DNA of 64,000 bases from Emiliania huxleyi CCMP1516 (GCF_000372725.1 NW_005201792.1:1057440-1121439); one strand, 5' to 3'. Shown: positions 10,652 through 22,769, counted from the first letter of the stretch. A program made the numbers and translations. The notes: generated by a model from the sequence alone, not told the origin.

Positions 10652-12726
10652 CTAGTTACCCAGAGGCGTCTCGGACACGTTGAGGATGCGGACGGTCCAC
10701 TGCTTGAGCCCGTCGCCGTTGCGCATGGTGTGGACGACCACCACCGCGTCGCCGTTCGCGAAGATCCCCTTTGCGATGCCCGCCTTGAAGCCCGCCTTGA
10801 CGTGCCTGCCCTCGCCGCGCTTCTCCTGCGTGAGGATCGACAAGGTGTTGCACATGTACCCCTCGATCTGGTTGGCGATGCGGCTGTCGTTGCAGACGGC
10901 CATGATCTTGGCCTGCGGGTGGTACTTTGCGAGCAGCCGCGCGGTCTCGCCCGTCTCGGAGAGGACGATGATCGCCTTGGAGCCGATGTCGGTCGCCATC
11001 TTGACGGCAGACGAACACGCAGACTCGACCAGCGAGACGCGCTTCGCCCTCTTCGTCTTCTTCATCTGCTCGAAGATCTGGTCGTAGCCCGTCTCGTCCG
11101 ACTCGGCGAGGTTGGCCTCGGCCTGCTGGCAGGTGCGCGCCATGATGGCGACCGCGTCGCGCGGGAAGGCGCCGTTGGCCGTCTCGCCGGAGAGCATCAC
11201 GGCGTCGGTGCCGTCGAGCACCGCGTTCGCGACGTCCGAGCACTCGGCGCGCGTCGGGCGCGGGTTCGAGATCATCGACTCGAGCATCTGCGGCGAGGCG
11301 GAGGGGAAGGCGGCGCGTGGAGGGCGCGGCGAGGGCGAGGGCGCGGGGCGAGGGCGCGGGGCGAGCGGCACGGGGCGCGGGAGTGCGGTGGCGGCCGTGG
11401 GTAGCGGGCAGGCCGGCGAAGTTGGTGGCGGGGGGCGGGAGGGGTTTCGTGGTGTGCGGGCGCGCCGCCTGCGTCGCCACGACGCAGGGCTATATCTCGG
11501 CTACTCTCAGCTTCTTCGAGGCTCTGTCTCGCGTCACCTGCGTCGCCACGACGCAGGGCTTGCCCGCCGCACGGCACTTAGCAATCATCATCTTTTGCTC
11601 GCGGAAGACCTTCTCGGGCGGGATCTCCATGCCGAGGTCGCCGCGCGCGACCATGACGCCGTCCGTGGCGGCGAGGATCTCGTCGAACTTGTCGAGCCCC
11701 TCCTGGTTCTCAATCTTTGCAATCACCTGCGGGCAGGGGCACGAGTGAGATCGCTGACGCGGCGCGGTGCGGAGTGCGGGCAGGTGGGCGGTCGGCGCGG
11801 TGCGGAGCGGCGGGGTGGTCGGAGGGTGGTCGGAGGGTGGGGTCTGTTGCCTTGATGGCGGAGCCGTCGCCGTGCTTGGACTCCTTGAGCGTCTTTTTGA
11901 TGAAGTGGATGTCCTCCGCCGACTGGACAAAGGAGGCGGCGATGAAGTCGACCTTGTTCGGCACGCCAAAGTTCTGCAGGTCGTCGATGTCCTTGGGCTG
12001 CAGCACGGGCAGGTCCACCTTGACGTTGGGCAGGTTCATGTTCTTGCGCTCGCCGATCGACTGGTTGTTCTCGACGCGGCAGATGACGGAGGCGGCCTTG
12101 CACTCCTTGACGGTGAGCACGAGCGAGCCGTCGGCGATGAGGATGGTGGAGCCCTTCTTGACCGAGGTGGGCAGCTTGTCGTACGTGCACGCGAACTTGG
12201 TCTCGTCGCCGAGGAAGGAGTAGTCGGTCGTCAGCTCGAGGTCCTGGCCCGCCTTGAGGTGGATCTTCTTATTGCACGACTCCTTGAAGAAGCCGGTCCG
12301 GATCTCGGGACCCTTGGTATCGAGGAGGATGGCGACGTTCTTGTCGGGCCGCTTGGCCGCCGCCTCGCGCACGCGCTTGAGGCACGCGCCGTGGCCCTCG
12401 TGATCGCCATGCGAAAAGTTGAAGCGCGCAGTGTTGAGCCCCGCGTCGATGAGGTCGACGAGCGTGTCGACGTCCCAGCACTGTGCGGCGCGGGCAGAGG
12501 CTCAGCGGCGGTGGCACTGTGCACGCCGGGCGCGCGCTGTGAGAGCATGGCTACACACACTACACATATGCGGGCGCGCACCGCCGGGCCCATCGTGCAA
12601 AAGATCTTGGTCTTCTTCTCCTGCACCGCGGCAGAGGCGGTGAGGCGGGTGGTCGGACGGGGCCACCGGGTGGCGATTGGGGGCGATTCGCAGCGCGGGC
12701 GCCGGTTGCGAACTCACCGCGGACAT
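10652..12726 (-). CDS. PK: Pyruvate kinase (exons 12726-12718, 12620-12582, 12480-11851, 11726-11538, 11287-10652)
   Basis: [91 protein letters not shown]. All splice junctions restore frame; one GC donor at 11850. Confidence 0.97.
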
Positions 12727-13050
12727 GGCTCGTTCGATAGGCTTCGGGGTTGCGACTGAACAACCGACGGGAGATTCCCCTTTCGTGGATTCTTCGAGGT
12801 GTGAACAGCGGGCGTGTTTTTGTGAGCGACGCGCCAGGCAACCGCACCACCACCACCTGCCTCTGAGTGAGGGGTGAGTCGAGATCTCGATCACCTCAGG
12901 TCCCCCAACCTCCCCCGGCGACTGTATATTCTATACCCCCGGCGACTCTCTCGCTCGCACAAGTGAGTGAGAGGGAGGACTCACGAAAGCTCCCCAACCG
13001 CGTGCTGCTGCCCACAGCGCTCTCAGCGTCAGGACGCGGAGGCAGCCTTC

Positions 13051-14622
13051 CTAGCAGTAGAGGGCGAGGACCGCCATGACGGCAAACCCCATCATCGCGA
13101 AGAGGTACTTGACAATGCCGGGGCACTTGCCATGGCCTTCCATCATCTCGCTGCCCAACACCTCTACCGCGCCCATCTGGAGGAAGGTGCCCGCCGCCAG
13201 CGCGTTGAAGGCGAGCGGCAGCGGGCTCTCTGCCCCCTCGGCGGTGGCCGCGGTGTGTCCGATGAGCATGCCGATCGGCGTGGCGATGGAGAAGCAAAAC
13301 ATGCACAGCGCCGCCTGAGGGCGAATACGGCCGGGTGCACGCCTCCGCACACGAGTGTGGGGCCAGGCTCGTGGGCAAGCCCCCGCGCTTCTCCGAGCCA
13401 GGCAGTTGCCCGTGGGGCGTGCGGGCACGGGAGATATGGGTGAGCGGTGGCGGTAGCGGTGAGCGGTGTGCGTCGCCTTGCAGTTGTCAAAGGCGCGGAA
13501 GACGGCCGCCCCAAGTGCAAAGGCAGCAAAGCCCTTGTGTGCGCCGACTGCAACGAACATGACCATGATGTCGTCGCCAACAACCCCGAGGGCGAGGCCC
13601 TCCAGGACGCAGTGGATTATGAAGGCGGTGAAGGCTGCGATGGCAGCAACCGCGCCGGATTTGCCACCCTTGCCCGTGGTCTCCAGCCCTCCCAGGCTGT
13701 GGTGGTGCGGGACGTGGCTTTTGGCGGGCTCTTTGTCGGCAGTCGAGCAGCAAGTGCCAGAGGCCGCCGTCTCGATCGCCATGAGGCCTGTGTGAGGGTG
13801 TCACACGTTGCGGAACCAGCACCGATGCGGGAAGATTTGGCTTGCAGAGGACTGGGCTCAGGGAAGGGCGCGTGGGGGGAGGGGCGCGCACTGATGAGTG
13901 CCACGGAACAGAGCAGGAACGACCACGGGTAGGTCTCTTCTTCCCCCTCGCCGTGCAGCGCGCGGCCGTGCGCGTCCATGTCCTCATCTTCCTCCTCCTA
14001 AGCCGCCGGGGCTCAAGTCAAAGCATGTCGGCGGCGCGCGCCAGAGCACGCTCTTTCCCCAAGAAGCAGCGAGCACTTTAATCCGCTCTCCCCGTGGCCG
14101 GGTGTCCACCACCCGTCTCCCCTTCCCCCGCGTCTCACTTCCTCGCCGGCGAGCATCTCGTTCAGCTCGGCCGACTCGGGCAACATGTGCATGAGGGCAG
14201 CGCCGACAAGCAGGCCGCCTGCAGGAGAGCAGCCCATCGGTGGTGGGGACGCCGGCGAGGGTGCGCGGACGGAGACATGGTGTCGACGGTCAATGTGGCG
14301 GTCATGGCTTGTGTCAACGCACCCGAGAAGCAATCGCCGACGCACAGAATCGCGTCGTTCTTCTGGAGAATCATCGGCAAGAACCTGCAGAGGGGCGAGG
14401 TCGCGTATTGGTTTCGAGTCGGGTCCCCGCATCCGCCGCGCGTGCTGCAATTCACCCGCCGATGAATGCAAGGGCGAACAGCAACGCCATCGCGACGTAG
14501 AAAGATTGGTCCTCGGATTCCTCCCCGCTAGCAGCCTCGCCGATGCCGCGCGCCGTGGCGGCCACGCCGGCCGCCGCATAGGCGGCGTGCTCCTTCAGGA
14601 AGCGCTTCAGCACGCGACCCAT
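13051..14622 (-). CDS. ZIP (ZRT/IRT-like) zinc/iron permease, multi-exon
   Basis: CFSG|GLLVGAALMHMLPES, YPWSFLL, His-rich loop, IIHCVLEGLALG, VGAHKGFAAFALG, FSIATPIGMLIG, NALAAGTFL. Confidence 0.9.
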
Positions 14623-14805
14623 GGCTCTGCTCTCCGGCGGCGGGAGTCGGACGTACGTACGGACGACTCGCGCCCGCTCGTCGTTACGGAAAAGGGTGCT
14701 CAAAGAGTAATTTTCCACTACAATTATTCCGATGCGCCACAAATTTCTTCTTGGCGTCGCGCCCGAACAATCGGCGAGTCGTGCAGCGCATGCACATAGG
14801 TGTAT

Positions 14806-15640
14806 ATGCTGCTCATCCACGCCACGCTGTTGACGATCTCTGGCAATAGCCGCAGCGACTGCCATCGGCAACGGCTCCACCAACGCTGCGGATCCGCCTC
14901 CTGCTGCGACGGCAGCGACGCGTGGCGGATCCAGCGGGCGCGCCTCGAGGAGCAGCATGCCGCCTCTGTTCGCCAGCGGCGGCCACGCTTTCTGCCCTTT
15001 GCTGACGCGCGGCAGTGGGCCCGCGCCATGTTTTTCACTGAGGAGGCTGACTGGCGCGACTGGATTGCCAACGGAGAGAAGGCGCCATCGAGACGCCCTC
15101 GCTAGCCTCCCCTCCTCCTCGTCCGCACCGCGCCGCGCCGCGGCTGTCTCCCACAGCGCCGGTCAGCTTCTGCTTGGAAGCACAGAAGGCTCGGGGTCGG
15201 GCGAGGGTCTCAGCGGCACGGACGGCCGCCCGCCCCTCTTCCCACGACTCCCGGGAAGCGGCGACGCTGACTGCTGCCCGTCCACGCGCGCAGCGAAACC
15301 CCTACGTCCCCCGCGAGCCGGACGTGGTGTACGCGGACCGGGGCTGGGAAGGCTGGGACGACTTCCTCAACGGCGAGATCGAGAGCCTGAGCGACATTAT
15401 GCGGCCGGGCTACAAGCGCGGCCGGTGAGAGAGACACTTCCGAGACACTCCGCTTCCACGCCCGCATTGCTTCGCCGCCGCGTCGCCCCTCGCGGACCCC
15501 CGCAAGCTGCAGCACGCGCGAGGGGGGCCTTGCCCCGCAGGTGGCTGAGCGGCCCTCTGAGCGAAGAGAGCCACCCGGAGAACCTGCCGCCTGAGGACGG
15601 CGAGGGCCAGCAGGAGGACGATCGGCCGCGCCGGTCCTGA
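14806..15640 (+). CDS. Small protein with one phage-integrase-repeat-like unit (introns 15082-15293 GC-AG and about 15425-15540)
   Basis: Splicing gives FLPFADARQWARAMFFTEEADWRDWIANGEK|RNPYVPREPDVVYADRGWEGWDDFL. This matches the F.EAR...W..W...P..P...Y...GW..W.D[FW]L repeat unit. Confidence 0.7.
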
Positions 15641-16280
15641 CCTTCCCTCACGCCACCGAGCCCTGTGCCTGTGGCTTGCCATGCGCGTGTGGGCCGGGGT
15701 CCGCCCGCTCGGCCCGCCCGCGCTGCATGGCCCGCGCCGGGGCGCGCGGGGAGAGACCGAGTGCGGCTCTCAGTGTGCGACCTGCGACCGGTCGATGCTC
15801 GATCTTGTACATATCGTGTTTTGTACCATAGGGTGGCCGAGTGTAATGCGCCATTGCGCGCCCCCCCCGACCCCCCTGCAGTCGACGACCTGGCGACCCC
15901 ACCCCCCTTTCTCGTTTCTCTGTCCTCGGACCTCTCTCTCTCTCCCCCGAACCATTTCTCGGACAGCAAACTCTCACAGCAGACTCAGAGGGCCGGTCTC
16001 TCTCGCAACCCGCGCCGCCCGATCCCACACCTGCGGCAGCTCGTGCTGAACCGTGGTCGTACCCCGGCTCGCCGCGGCGCCACACCGACTCCTCCGCACC
16101 GCCTCAGTGGCAGCTCTCCCGGTCTTCCAGCCTTGCGCTCCCGCCCGCCATTGTCGTTGGCTGCGCCAGGCCCCATCGCCGCCTTTGTCGCGCCAGCGTC
16201 TCGCGCCCACGAGTAGAGCCACCGGCTCTTGCGGGAGCGTGCACAGCAGTGTCGCACCCGCTCGGAGCGATGCTCGGTAC

Positions 16281-16555
16281 TCAGGCGCCTCCCAGCTGCC
16301 GAAGCCGCGCGTCGAGAGCGTTAACCTTGCTCAGCGCCACCTCGTGCACGCGCAGCGTGTTCTTGTCGACGGATTCCTGCCTCGTCTGCAGCCGGTCGAG
16401 CTGCGGGCGGGCGGGCGGGGAGCGGCGTCAGGCCGGCACCGGCCAGGGCGAGAGCCGTGCGAAACTGTTCGCGCCTGGCGGCGGAGGCCGGCAGACTCCG
16501 CGCGGAGCTTCTCGACGCGCGCCCGCTCCTCGTTCAGCTCCTCCTCCAAATCCAT
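16281..16555 (-). CDS. 66-aa coiled-coil microprotein (GC-AG intron 16474-16401)
   Basis: MDLEEELNEERARVEKLRAESAGLRRQ|LDRLQTRQESVDKNTLRVHEVALSKVNALDARLRQLGGA*. The CAG|GC donor and GCAG acceptor join two heptad-like exons in frame. Confidence 0.55.
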
Positions 16556-16949
16556 CCTTGGCTGTCTTGCCCTGGGCGAGGTTGCGGCGCCTTCCACGCG
16601 GCGATTAAAGAATTTTACTATACAAGAATTAATTCGACCTTATTGAATTCAATAATATTATTTTTTCTTTAAGGTTTACGCGGTAGGAAGGCCTCTCGGG
16701 GCAAAGAAACATCACCCCACCACCTCCCTACCTCCCACAGGCAAACCTTGAGCGGGCTTTCAAAGGTGTCGCGTGCCCGACTGCCGCCTCACGCTCGCCT
16801 CCTCTCCTCGCCGCGCCGCATCCTCGCCCAACACTGACCGCGCTGCGGCAGTCGGGCAGGCGTTTAAGCGACGACGAGCTTCGGCCGTGAAGAGAGGCTC
16901 GCGCCTCTGAGTGCGGAATTCCGCACATCATCGGGCGACGGCCCATCCC

Positions 16950-17065
16950 TAGTGAGGCCCGCATAGTATGTGGGAGACTCGTGCCGCCGCCCCTGCCACC
17001 CCTGTGTCAGTGTGCCTGTGGTAGGAGAGACTGCCAGCGACAAGCTGGAGGCAGGTCGCTAGACT
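16950..17065 (+). repeat. Dispersed repeat (copy at about 43390-43510; partial at about 42680-42745)
   Basis: TAGTGAGGCC.GCATA..TGTGGGAGACTC.TGCCGCCGCCCCTGCCACCCCTGTGTCAGTGTGCC.GTGGTAG..GAGACTGCC...GGTCGCTAGACTGA is shared by the copies. Confidence 0.85.
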
Positions 17066-17534
17066 GAAGAAATTCAATTCTTCAAGTGCAGCTCTGCAGC
17101 AGCATCGCTCAGCATGTTGCTGTGTGCTGCACGCCCTGCGAGCGGGGCGGGGTGCGCACTGACCCTCTGTGTTCGTGTGCGTCGCCCATCTCTCTCCCTG
17201 GAGATCACTGCTCTATTTATTTATTTATCGCTCAGCATGCTTGCTTTCGTGTCGCTTGCGCTTCTTGCCCGCTGCAGCCCACTTGTTGCGGGCTTGCCGG
17301 TATGCTCGCTCTTGACCGTCTCCGAGGTGAGCGAACGAAGTCCTCACGGCAAGGAGCCGGAGGGCCATCGTTGCCGCAGGTCTGGCCGCCGTCGAGGGCG
17401 CCACCACCGCTGCCGCCGCACGTGAGCCTGTTGTCGCTGCGCGGCCTGGGCCATCTGGAACGACCAGCAGTCGAGCGAAGCGCGCTGCGGACATACCGAA
17501 AGGACATTCCGCGTGGTTGACTAGCGGGCTTAGG

Positions 17535-17960
17535 CTGTACGAGGTTTTCCTCTCGCACCCCGTCCGTTTTCCTTTCCTTTTTTCTCTACAGCACCCTCTC
17601 TTTTCCTCTCTATTTTCCCGGGAAAACTCCGTGGAAATCGTCAAATTTTTGGGCTCTGAGCCGAGTCTGAGGCTGGTTTGGGCCCAAAATCAGCCAAATT
17701 TTAGGCCAAACCGTCAAAATGCCGGGAATTTTGCGGAGAACGTGTAGTGTAGACCTGGAAATTACCCTGCGACCGCCTGGGTATTGATTCCTCAATTTTG
17801 CCTCAGATTTTGCCCCAGACCAGCTCTCAGACTCAGGGAAACTCGCGAGTTTCCAGAATGGAGCACCAAACACCCTCTGGTTTTCTCTGGAAATTTCCGG
17901 AAACGCAAAGTGCTGGGGACCCTCTGTTTTCCTTTTTGTTTGCCGGAAAACCTCGTACAG
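17535..17960. mobile_element. MITE/foldback-like non-autonomous element
   Basis: Perfect 16-bp terminal inverted repeat CTGTACGAGGTTTTCC (17535-17550) / GGAAAACCTCGTACAG (17945-17960). Internal inverted pair at about 17663-17691 / 17806-17837. AT-richer than flanks, no credible ORF. Confidence 0.7.
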
Positions 17961-18204
17961 GCCAACTAGCGGCCCGATTTGCAGCCTCCTTTCGCTGGCG
18001 CTGCTCGCGCCGCGGCCTCCGCCGCACGCTCGGGGCGCTGTGACCCTACTGTGTGAAGAGAGCATTGCTAGAAATCGTACCAAACTCTGTCGAGCGGGAG
18101 CTCGGTCAGGGGTCGTAAAGAGATGTAGGACCTTCCTTAGGTCCGCCTCTCACACCATCACTGTCTGTGCGATGTGAGCTTCTTGTTTCTTATCAACCTA
18201 TCTG

Positions 18205-18335
18205 TGAATACGTTTTCCACGTATTCAAAATGACCTCCCAGAGGCCTGTATTCTGCCGTATTCCACCCGTATTCCACGTATTCCATGGAATACGCCGTAT
18301 TCCAAGCTCCAAAAATGGAGTATTCCGTATAAAAT
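18205..18335. repeat. GTATTCC/GAATAC low-complexity array
   Basis: About seven copies of (C)GTATTC(C) plus inverted GAATAC copies. Confidence 0.7.
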
Positions 18336-18496
18336 TTTCTTCGCTCCGCGAATTCACACAGTACTCGAGTAGGGCTAGAAAGAATTAAAGAAACTCAGTT
18401 TGCATCCTGCCCTGCATCTGACGAACTTGCGCGCAAACGACGCCGAGACATCGGCTAGCCCCGTCCACCCAGTCCACCCAGCCCGTCCACCCAGCC

Positions 18497-18955
18497 ATGC
18501 GCGGCTTTTTCAGCGCCATCGTGCTCCTGCTGCCAGCGGTCCACTCGCTCGCCACGCCAGGCGATCGCGGCAGGAAGCTGCCTCTTCGGACTTTTGCGAG
18601 GCAGGCGCTGCTGGCACAGGAGCGGCTGCTTGCGTTCGAGAGACAGAGGCTAGCGAACTCGAGAAGTGTCTTGGACCTGTCCGCCTCAGCCTCCCCGTTC
18701 GCACTTTCGATGAATTTCAAGCCCTTTGCGGAGGGTGGCGACCGCCTCCAGCTTCAGGTCCCGCGTCTCGCTGATGCGAGCGTTTTTGTGACTGAGGCCG
18801 TCGCCAAAGGGCTTCGCGTGTCGATGGTCACCGGCCCGGAGAGCACCCGCGTGCTTGTCAAGGGGAGCCGAAGAACTCTGGAGGCGTTCGCCCGAAGCGT
18901 CCGAGAGAAAAGCTCGCTCGTCACGGTGACCTGGGACGGCACCGCGATGCCATAA
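18497..18955 (+). CDS. Hypothetical 152-aa protein with predicted signal peptide
   Basis: MRGFFSAIVLLLPAVHSLA is signal-like and is followed by globular-looking sequence. Single exon. Confidence 0.55.
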   Translation: MRGFFSAIVLLLPAVHSLATPGDRGRKLPLRTFARQALLAQERLLAFERQRLANSRSVLDLSASASPFALSMNFKPFAEGGDRLQLQVPRLADASVFVTEAVAKGLRVSMVTGPESTRVLVKGSRRTLEAFARSVREKSSLVTVTWDGTAMP

Positions 18956-19369
18956 GGCAAAGAGCGCTGAGCGGCGGTCCTCAGGCCTCAGGGACACAGG
19001 GAGGGTGCGCCGGCGCGCCAATGTATAGTGTACGCTCGCTCCGTGGTGTGTTGTTGTTGTGGGGTGTTGTTATTTGTACTCTTTCTTTGTCCACAGTAAG
19101 ACGCACTGAAGTTCAATTTATTGAGATGACAGCCGTGTCTTCAGGTAAGGCCTCGCACTCCCCACCACCGCGTCCACTCTCGCTCGGGAGCGGCGCGGTG
19201 CGTGGAGAGAGCCTTTAGCATGTGACCTCCGTGGCCGCCGTCTAGGTGGGGCGCTACATGTCGTGAGCGGGCTGGCTCCGCGGCGGCGCGGTGCAGCTCC
19301 AAAGCGCCTTGGCCGAGCTTGAGACCGAGGAGCCAACCTAGGGGGGGTGGGGGAGGTCCGGCGCAGGGG

Positions 19370-20385
19370 CTAGCAGCCGAGGGGCGATCGCGGCTCCCGA
19401 GCAGTCTCTCCGAATCTCGCGACTGGTGGTGCGGCCGGCCAGGCGGTGGCTCGCACCGACTTGAGCACCGCAGAGATGCCCGAGGGCGGCATCACCCTGG
19501 TGGGGCCTGCAGCGAGGGGCGGTGTGCGTGAGTTGAGCCGTCCACGCGCATGATCTGGGCAGATCTCGGCAGATCTCGGCTCATCTCGGCGGGTGTCACC
19601 GGCGGCGAGGATGTGCGCCAGGAACTCCTTGAGGATGGCGAGGAAGGCGTCGCGGTGCCTGAGAGGCGGGGCGCACTGGTCAAGGCGGGGAGGGGGGCGG
19701 GGAGGGCGGCGGGGAGGCGGGTCTTTGCGCCGCGACTCGATGTCGTTGTGCGAGCCGCCAGTGATCCAGCCGGGCGGGAGGGGGTGGTGCGCGCGGCAGA
19801 CGGCGTACAGGTCCTGCGCATTCGAAAAGGGGATCGTCTCGTCGCAGTCGCCGTGCACCTGGCAGAGAAAGCAGGTGGAGAAGGGGAGGAGGAGGAGGTG
19901 AGAGGCGAGGGAGGAGGTGAGAGGGCGGCGGCTGCGCACTGCGCCGCGTGGCAGCGGCGGGGCGGGGGTGTGGGAGAGCGGGTGCGGGAGAGGCTCGCCA
20001 GCTGTGTGGGGGACTTGCAGGACGCGAGGCTGCCGAGGTTGTTGAAGAACTGGGCGTCGAGTGCCCAGACCCGCGTCTCCGGGAAGAGGACGCGCGCGCC
20101 AGAGGCGAGGCCTTGGGGGGGGGGGAGGGGTGGCGAGGGGAGGAGGAGGGGTGGCGAGGCCTCGCGCGCATGTCAACGGACACGTCACGGCGTGTCGATG
20201 CCGCGAATGTCGCGGACACGTCGCGGACATGTCGCGGACACGTCGCGGACATGTCAGGGGCGGGCGAGGGGCGGGCGAGCGAGGGGTGGGCGAGCGCACC
20301 GGAGCAGACGACCACGCCGCGGAAGGCGTGCTTGCCGGCGAGGTAGCAAGTGGGGCACGAGCCTGGGGGAGAGGGCGGGGCAGGG

Positions 20386-20472
<87 letters not shown>

Positions 20473-21151
20473 GTGGGCGAGGGAGGCAGGCGGTGGCACG
20501 AGCCAAGAGACTTCCCGAAGACGACGATGTCGCGCTCTGGCTTGAGCCCGAAGCCGTCGACGAGAATCTTCAGCGCCGCGCGCGCGTCCGAGTACAGGTT
20601 CGCCTCGCACGGGCTGCGCACCGCAGCAGGGGAGGGGCCGTCAGCTGCCTGCTGGCTGTCAGCTGCCTGCCGGCTGCCTGAACAACCCATGGGCCGAGGC
20701 GGCGCCGCTGCTGCAGGGCTGCGGTCCCAGAGGGCTGCGGTCCAGAGGGCGGTGCCGGCAGCGCGGGCACGCAGGGGCGTCTCGCGGGGTGCAACAGCTG
20801 AGGGACCCAGGTCCCGGCGCGCTGTGCGGGAGGCGTCTCTTTCGGGCGAAGCCTCTCGGACTCCAAAAGGCACCTGCCCGTCGCGTGCCCGTAGCCGGAG
20901 TACTCGTAGGCGAAGACGTCCACCTGAAGCTGCTGCGACATGTAGGCCCAGTACTGCAGCACCAGGCCCAAGTCCTCCGCGTTGGCGTGCGACACCAGCA
21001 CCGTCAGCGGGAAGCCACGCCGGATGTGGAAGGCAGGGATCCGGTTGCCGCGGTCAGTGTCGAGCCACATGTTGACGTCCTCCTTACGGTAGGTAGGGTT
21101 CGGTGGGCAGAAGGCCATCTGATTAACGTGCTTCGCCGCCATGGCGCCCAT
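19370..21151 (-). CDS. ABHD17: ABHD17-like alpha/beta hydrolase (depalmitoylase-like), multi-exon
   Basis: MAFCPPNPTY, VSHANAEDLG, FAYEYSGYG, EANLYSD, VFGKSLG|SCPT (nucleophile elbow), VHGDCDETIPFSN, GGSHNDIE. Ser-Asp-His triad present. Confidence 0.88.
20383..20471. repeat. Telomere-like (GGGTGA)n array inside ABHD17 intron 20363-20503
   Basis: About 14 tandem GGGTGA units (CCCTCA on the sense strand). Confidence 0.95.
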
Positions 21152-22144
21152 GGCGGCGGAGAGGGCTGCGGCGGAGGGGGCTGCGGCTGCTCCTGCGGCG
21201 GAGGGGCTGCCCAGGCCGACCCTCACCGCGGTCGCCAAAGAAAGAAAACCGCGGCGTCCGCGAAGAGTGGGCGCGCCACCCAAGAGCCTAGGTAGGTGCG
21301 GATCGGCAACGCGCAAGGATCTGTTTGCCTTATTATATCATCCTTGGGTTGTGATCTAAGAACCTTAAAGCAACCACGCACCAGGGGGCGCACAGCAGCA
21401 CGGATGCCCTTGCTGTCTATAAATATATACGCGCGACCTCCCGCGAGCGCGGCGGGATCGGAATTGCGGCCGGAGGGAAGGGCGAGCCGCCGCCGCCGCC
21501 GCCATACCATCAGCGACGACGACCGCGGCTCGCCCCAAACGACAGGCGCTGGATCGGCAGTAGGGCTTGGGCGGCGCAGCGTAGGCCTCGAGCCACACGA
21601 ATCGCCGACAACCCCCCCTCATCGACGTGATGGCCGCACCCGCTGCCGGCCGATGCAAGCTGCCGCCTCCACCGCACCAGCGACACTAGACCGCGGCTCG
21701 CCGCCACGCGCCGGCTCGGAAGAGGGGCTGTCGGCAGCGCAGCAGAGCGGCACGCCTCGTCATTCGAGCAGCACCAGCCCCCCTCTTCGACGTGACGGCC
21801 GCTCTCGGAGCCGGCCGGTGCGCGCCCGACCCACGCCCCCCCTCGCACCCCCCGACCCCCCTGCGCGGCGCCCCCTTCCACTGCGCGCCGGCTCGAGCGC
21901 CTATTGCCAAATCGCGACTTTCGAGCGCAGTGCGTGCGCCCCACACGTCACGCGCGCGCAGGACCAGGAGAGCTTGCGGCAGAGCAGTACCGTATACTCG
22001 CCGGAGGCATCGCGCCGAAAACCCCGCGCATGCCACCCCAACAGAGGCTGCAGGAGGCAGATGGCCAATAGCGACAATCGTTACGAAATGTTGCCTTACC
22101 GGGAGCTCTGCAAGCTGTCTTGGGTGGTAGAACACCAGCGTGAC

Positions 22145-22282
22145 GGCGCACCCCCCCTAGGGGCAGGGCTCTCTAGCCCGTAGCCCGATGCCAATCATCC
22201 GGCCCGCTGGGTGCGCTTCTCAGCTCCCCGGCCCTGGATGTGCGGTTACCGACTGCACTCCAAGCAAGTGCTCCAAGTGCGG
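22145..22282 (+). repeat. Dispersed repeat of about 135 bp (inverted copy at about 54750-54887)
   Basis: AGGGCTCTCTAGCCCGTAGCCCGAT...CCGGCCCGCTGGGTGCGCTTCT.AGCTCCCCGGCCCTGGATGTG...CCGACTGCACTCCAAG matches the reverse complement at 54.8 kb. Confidence 0.9.
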
Positions 22283-22769
22283 CCCCTGTGTGGTGGCGGC
22301 GTGCCGTCCCTCCCTTGGAGTGTCTGTTTTCTTTCTTTACTCGTGGTGTACCTGTGTTAGTGCCAGTGCGAGCCAGTCCCGTGCCCAGTCCTGTGCCCAG
22401 TGTCGTGCGAGGAGTTTTGTTGTAAAATTTCTTTCTTTACTCCCCAAGCGCGGTCAGGCTGGGCACGAGCCGCGGGCGGCGCGCAGACCGGCGCGGCGGA
22501 CGCGGCCGCGGCGGCGGCGGCGGCGAGGTCAAGAGCACCAAGAAGGACTGGGCGAGTATCGCTCGCGGACCCGCCCGCTCCCCCTACGACGGCGCTCGGC
22601 GGCCCACGCCTCGAGTCGAACGAGGCCTCGCTCTACGATGGGAGCGACGAGGAGTTCTAGGAGCGGCCGCCGAGCCCTTCCCGCAGCGCAACCCTAGCAG
22701 CGCAGCGGGCAGGGCGGCTCGCGCAGCGCGCGCGATCGCGCAAGCGGCGCGCGCGAGCGAGCGAGCGAG

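Noticed and set aside
20350..20681. Poly-(VR), (GE), (HP), (LT) peptide ORFs; similar ones at 22.7, 33.0, 33.9, 43.2 and 50.4 kb
   Set aside because: Translations of micro/minisatellites, not proteins.
21296..22183. 295-aa plus-strand ORF
   Set aside because: Ser/Pro/Arg-rich with no domain and ending in a dispersed repeat; insufficient support as a gene.
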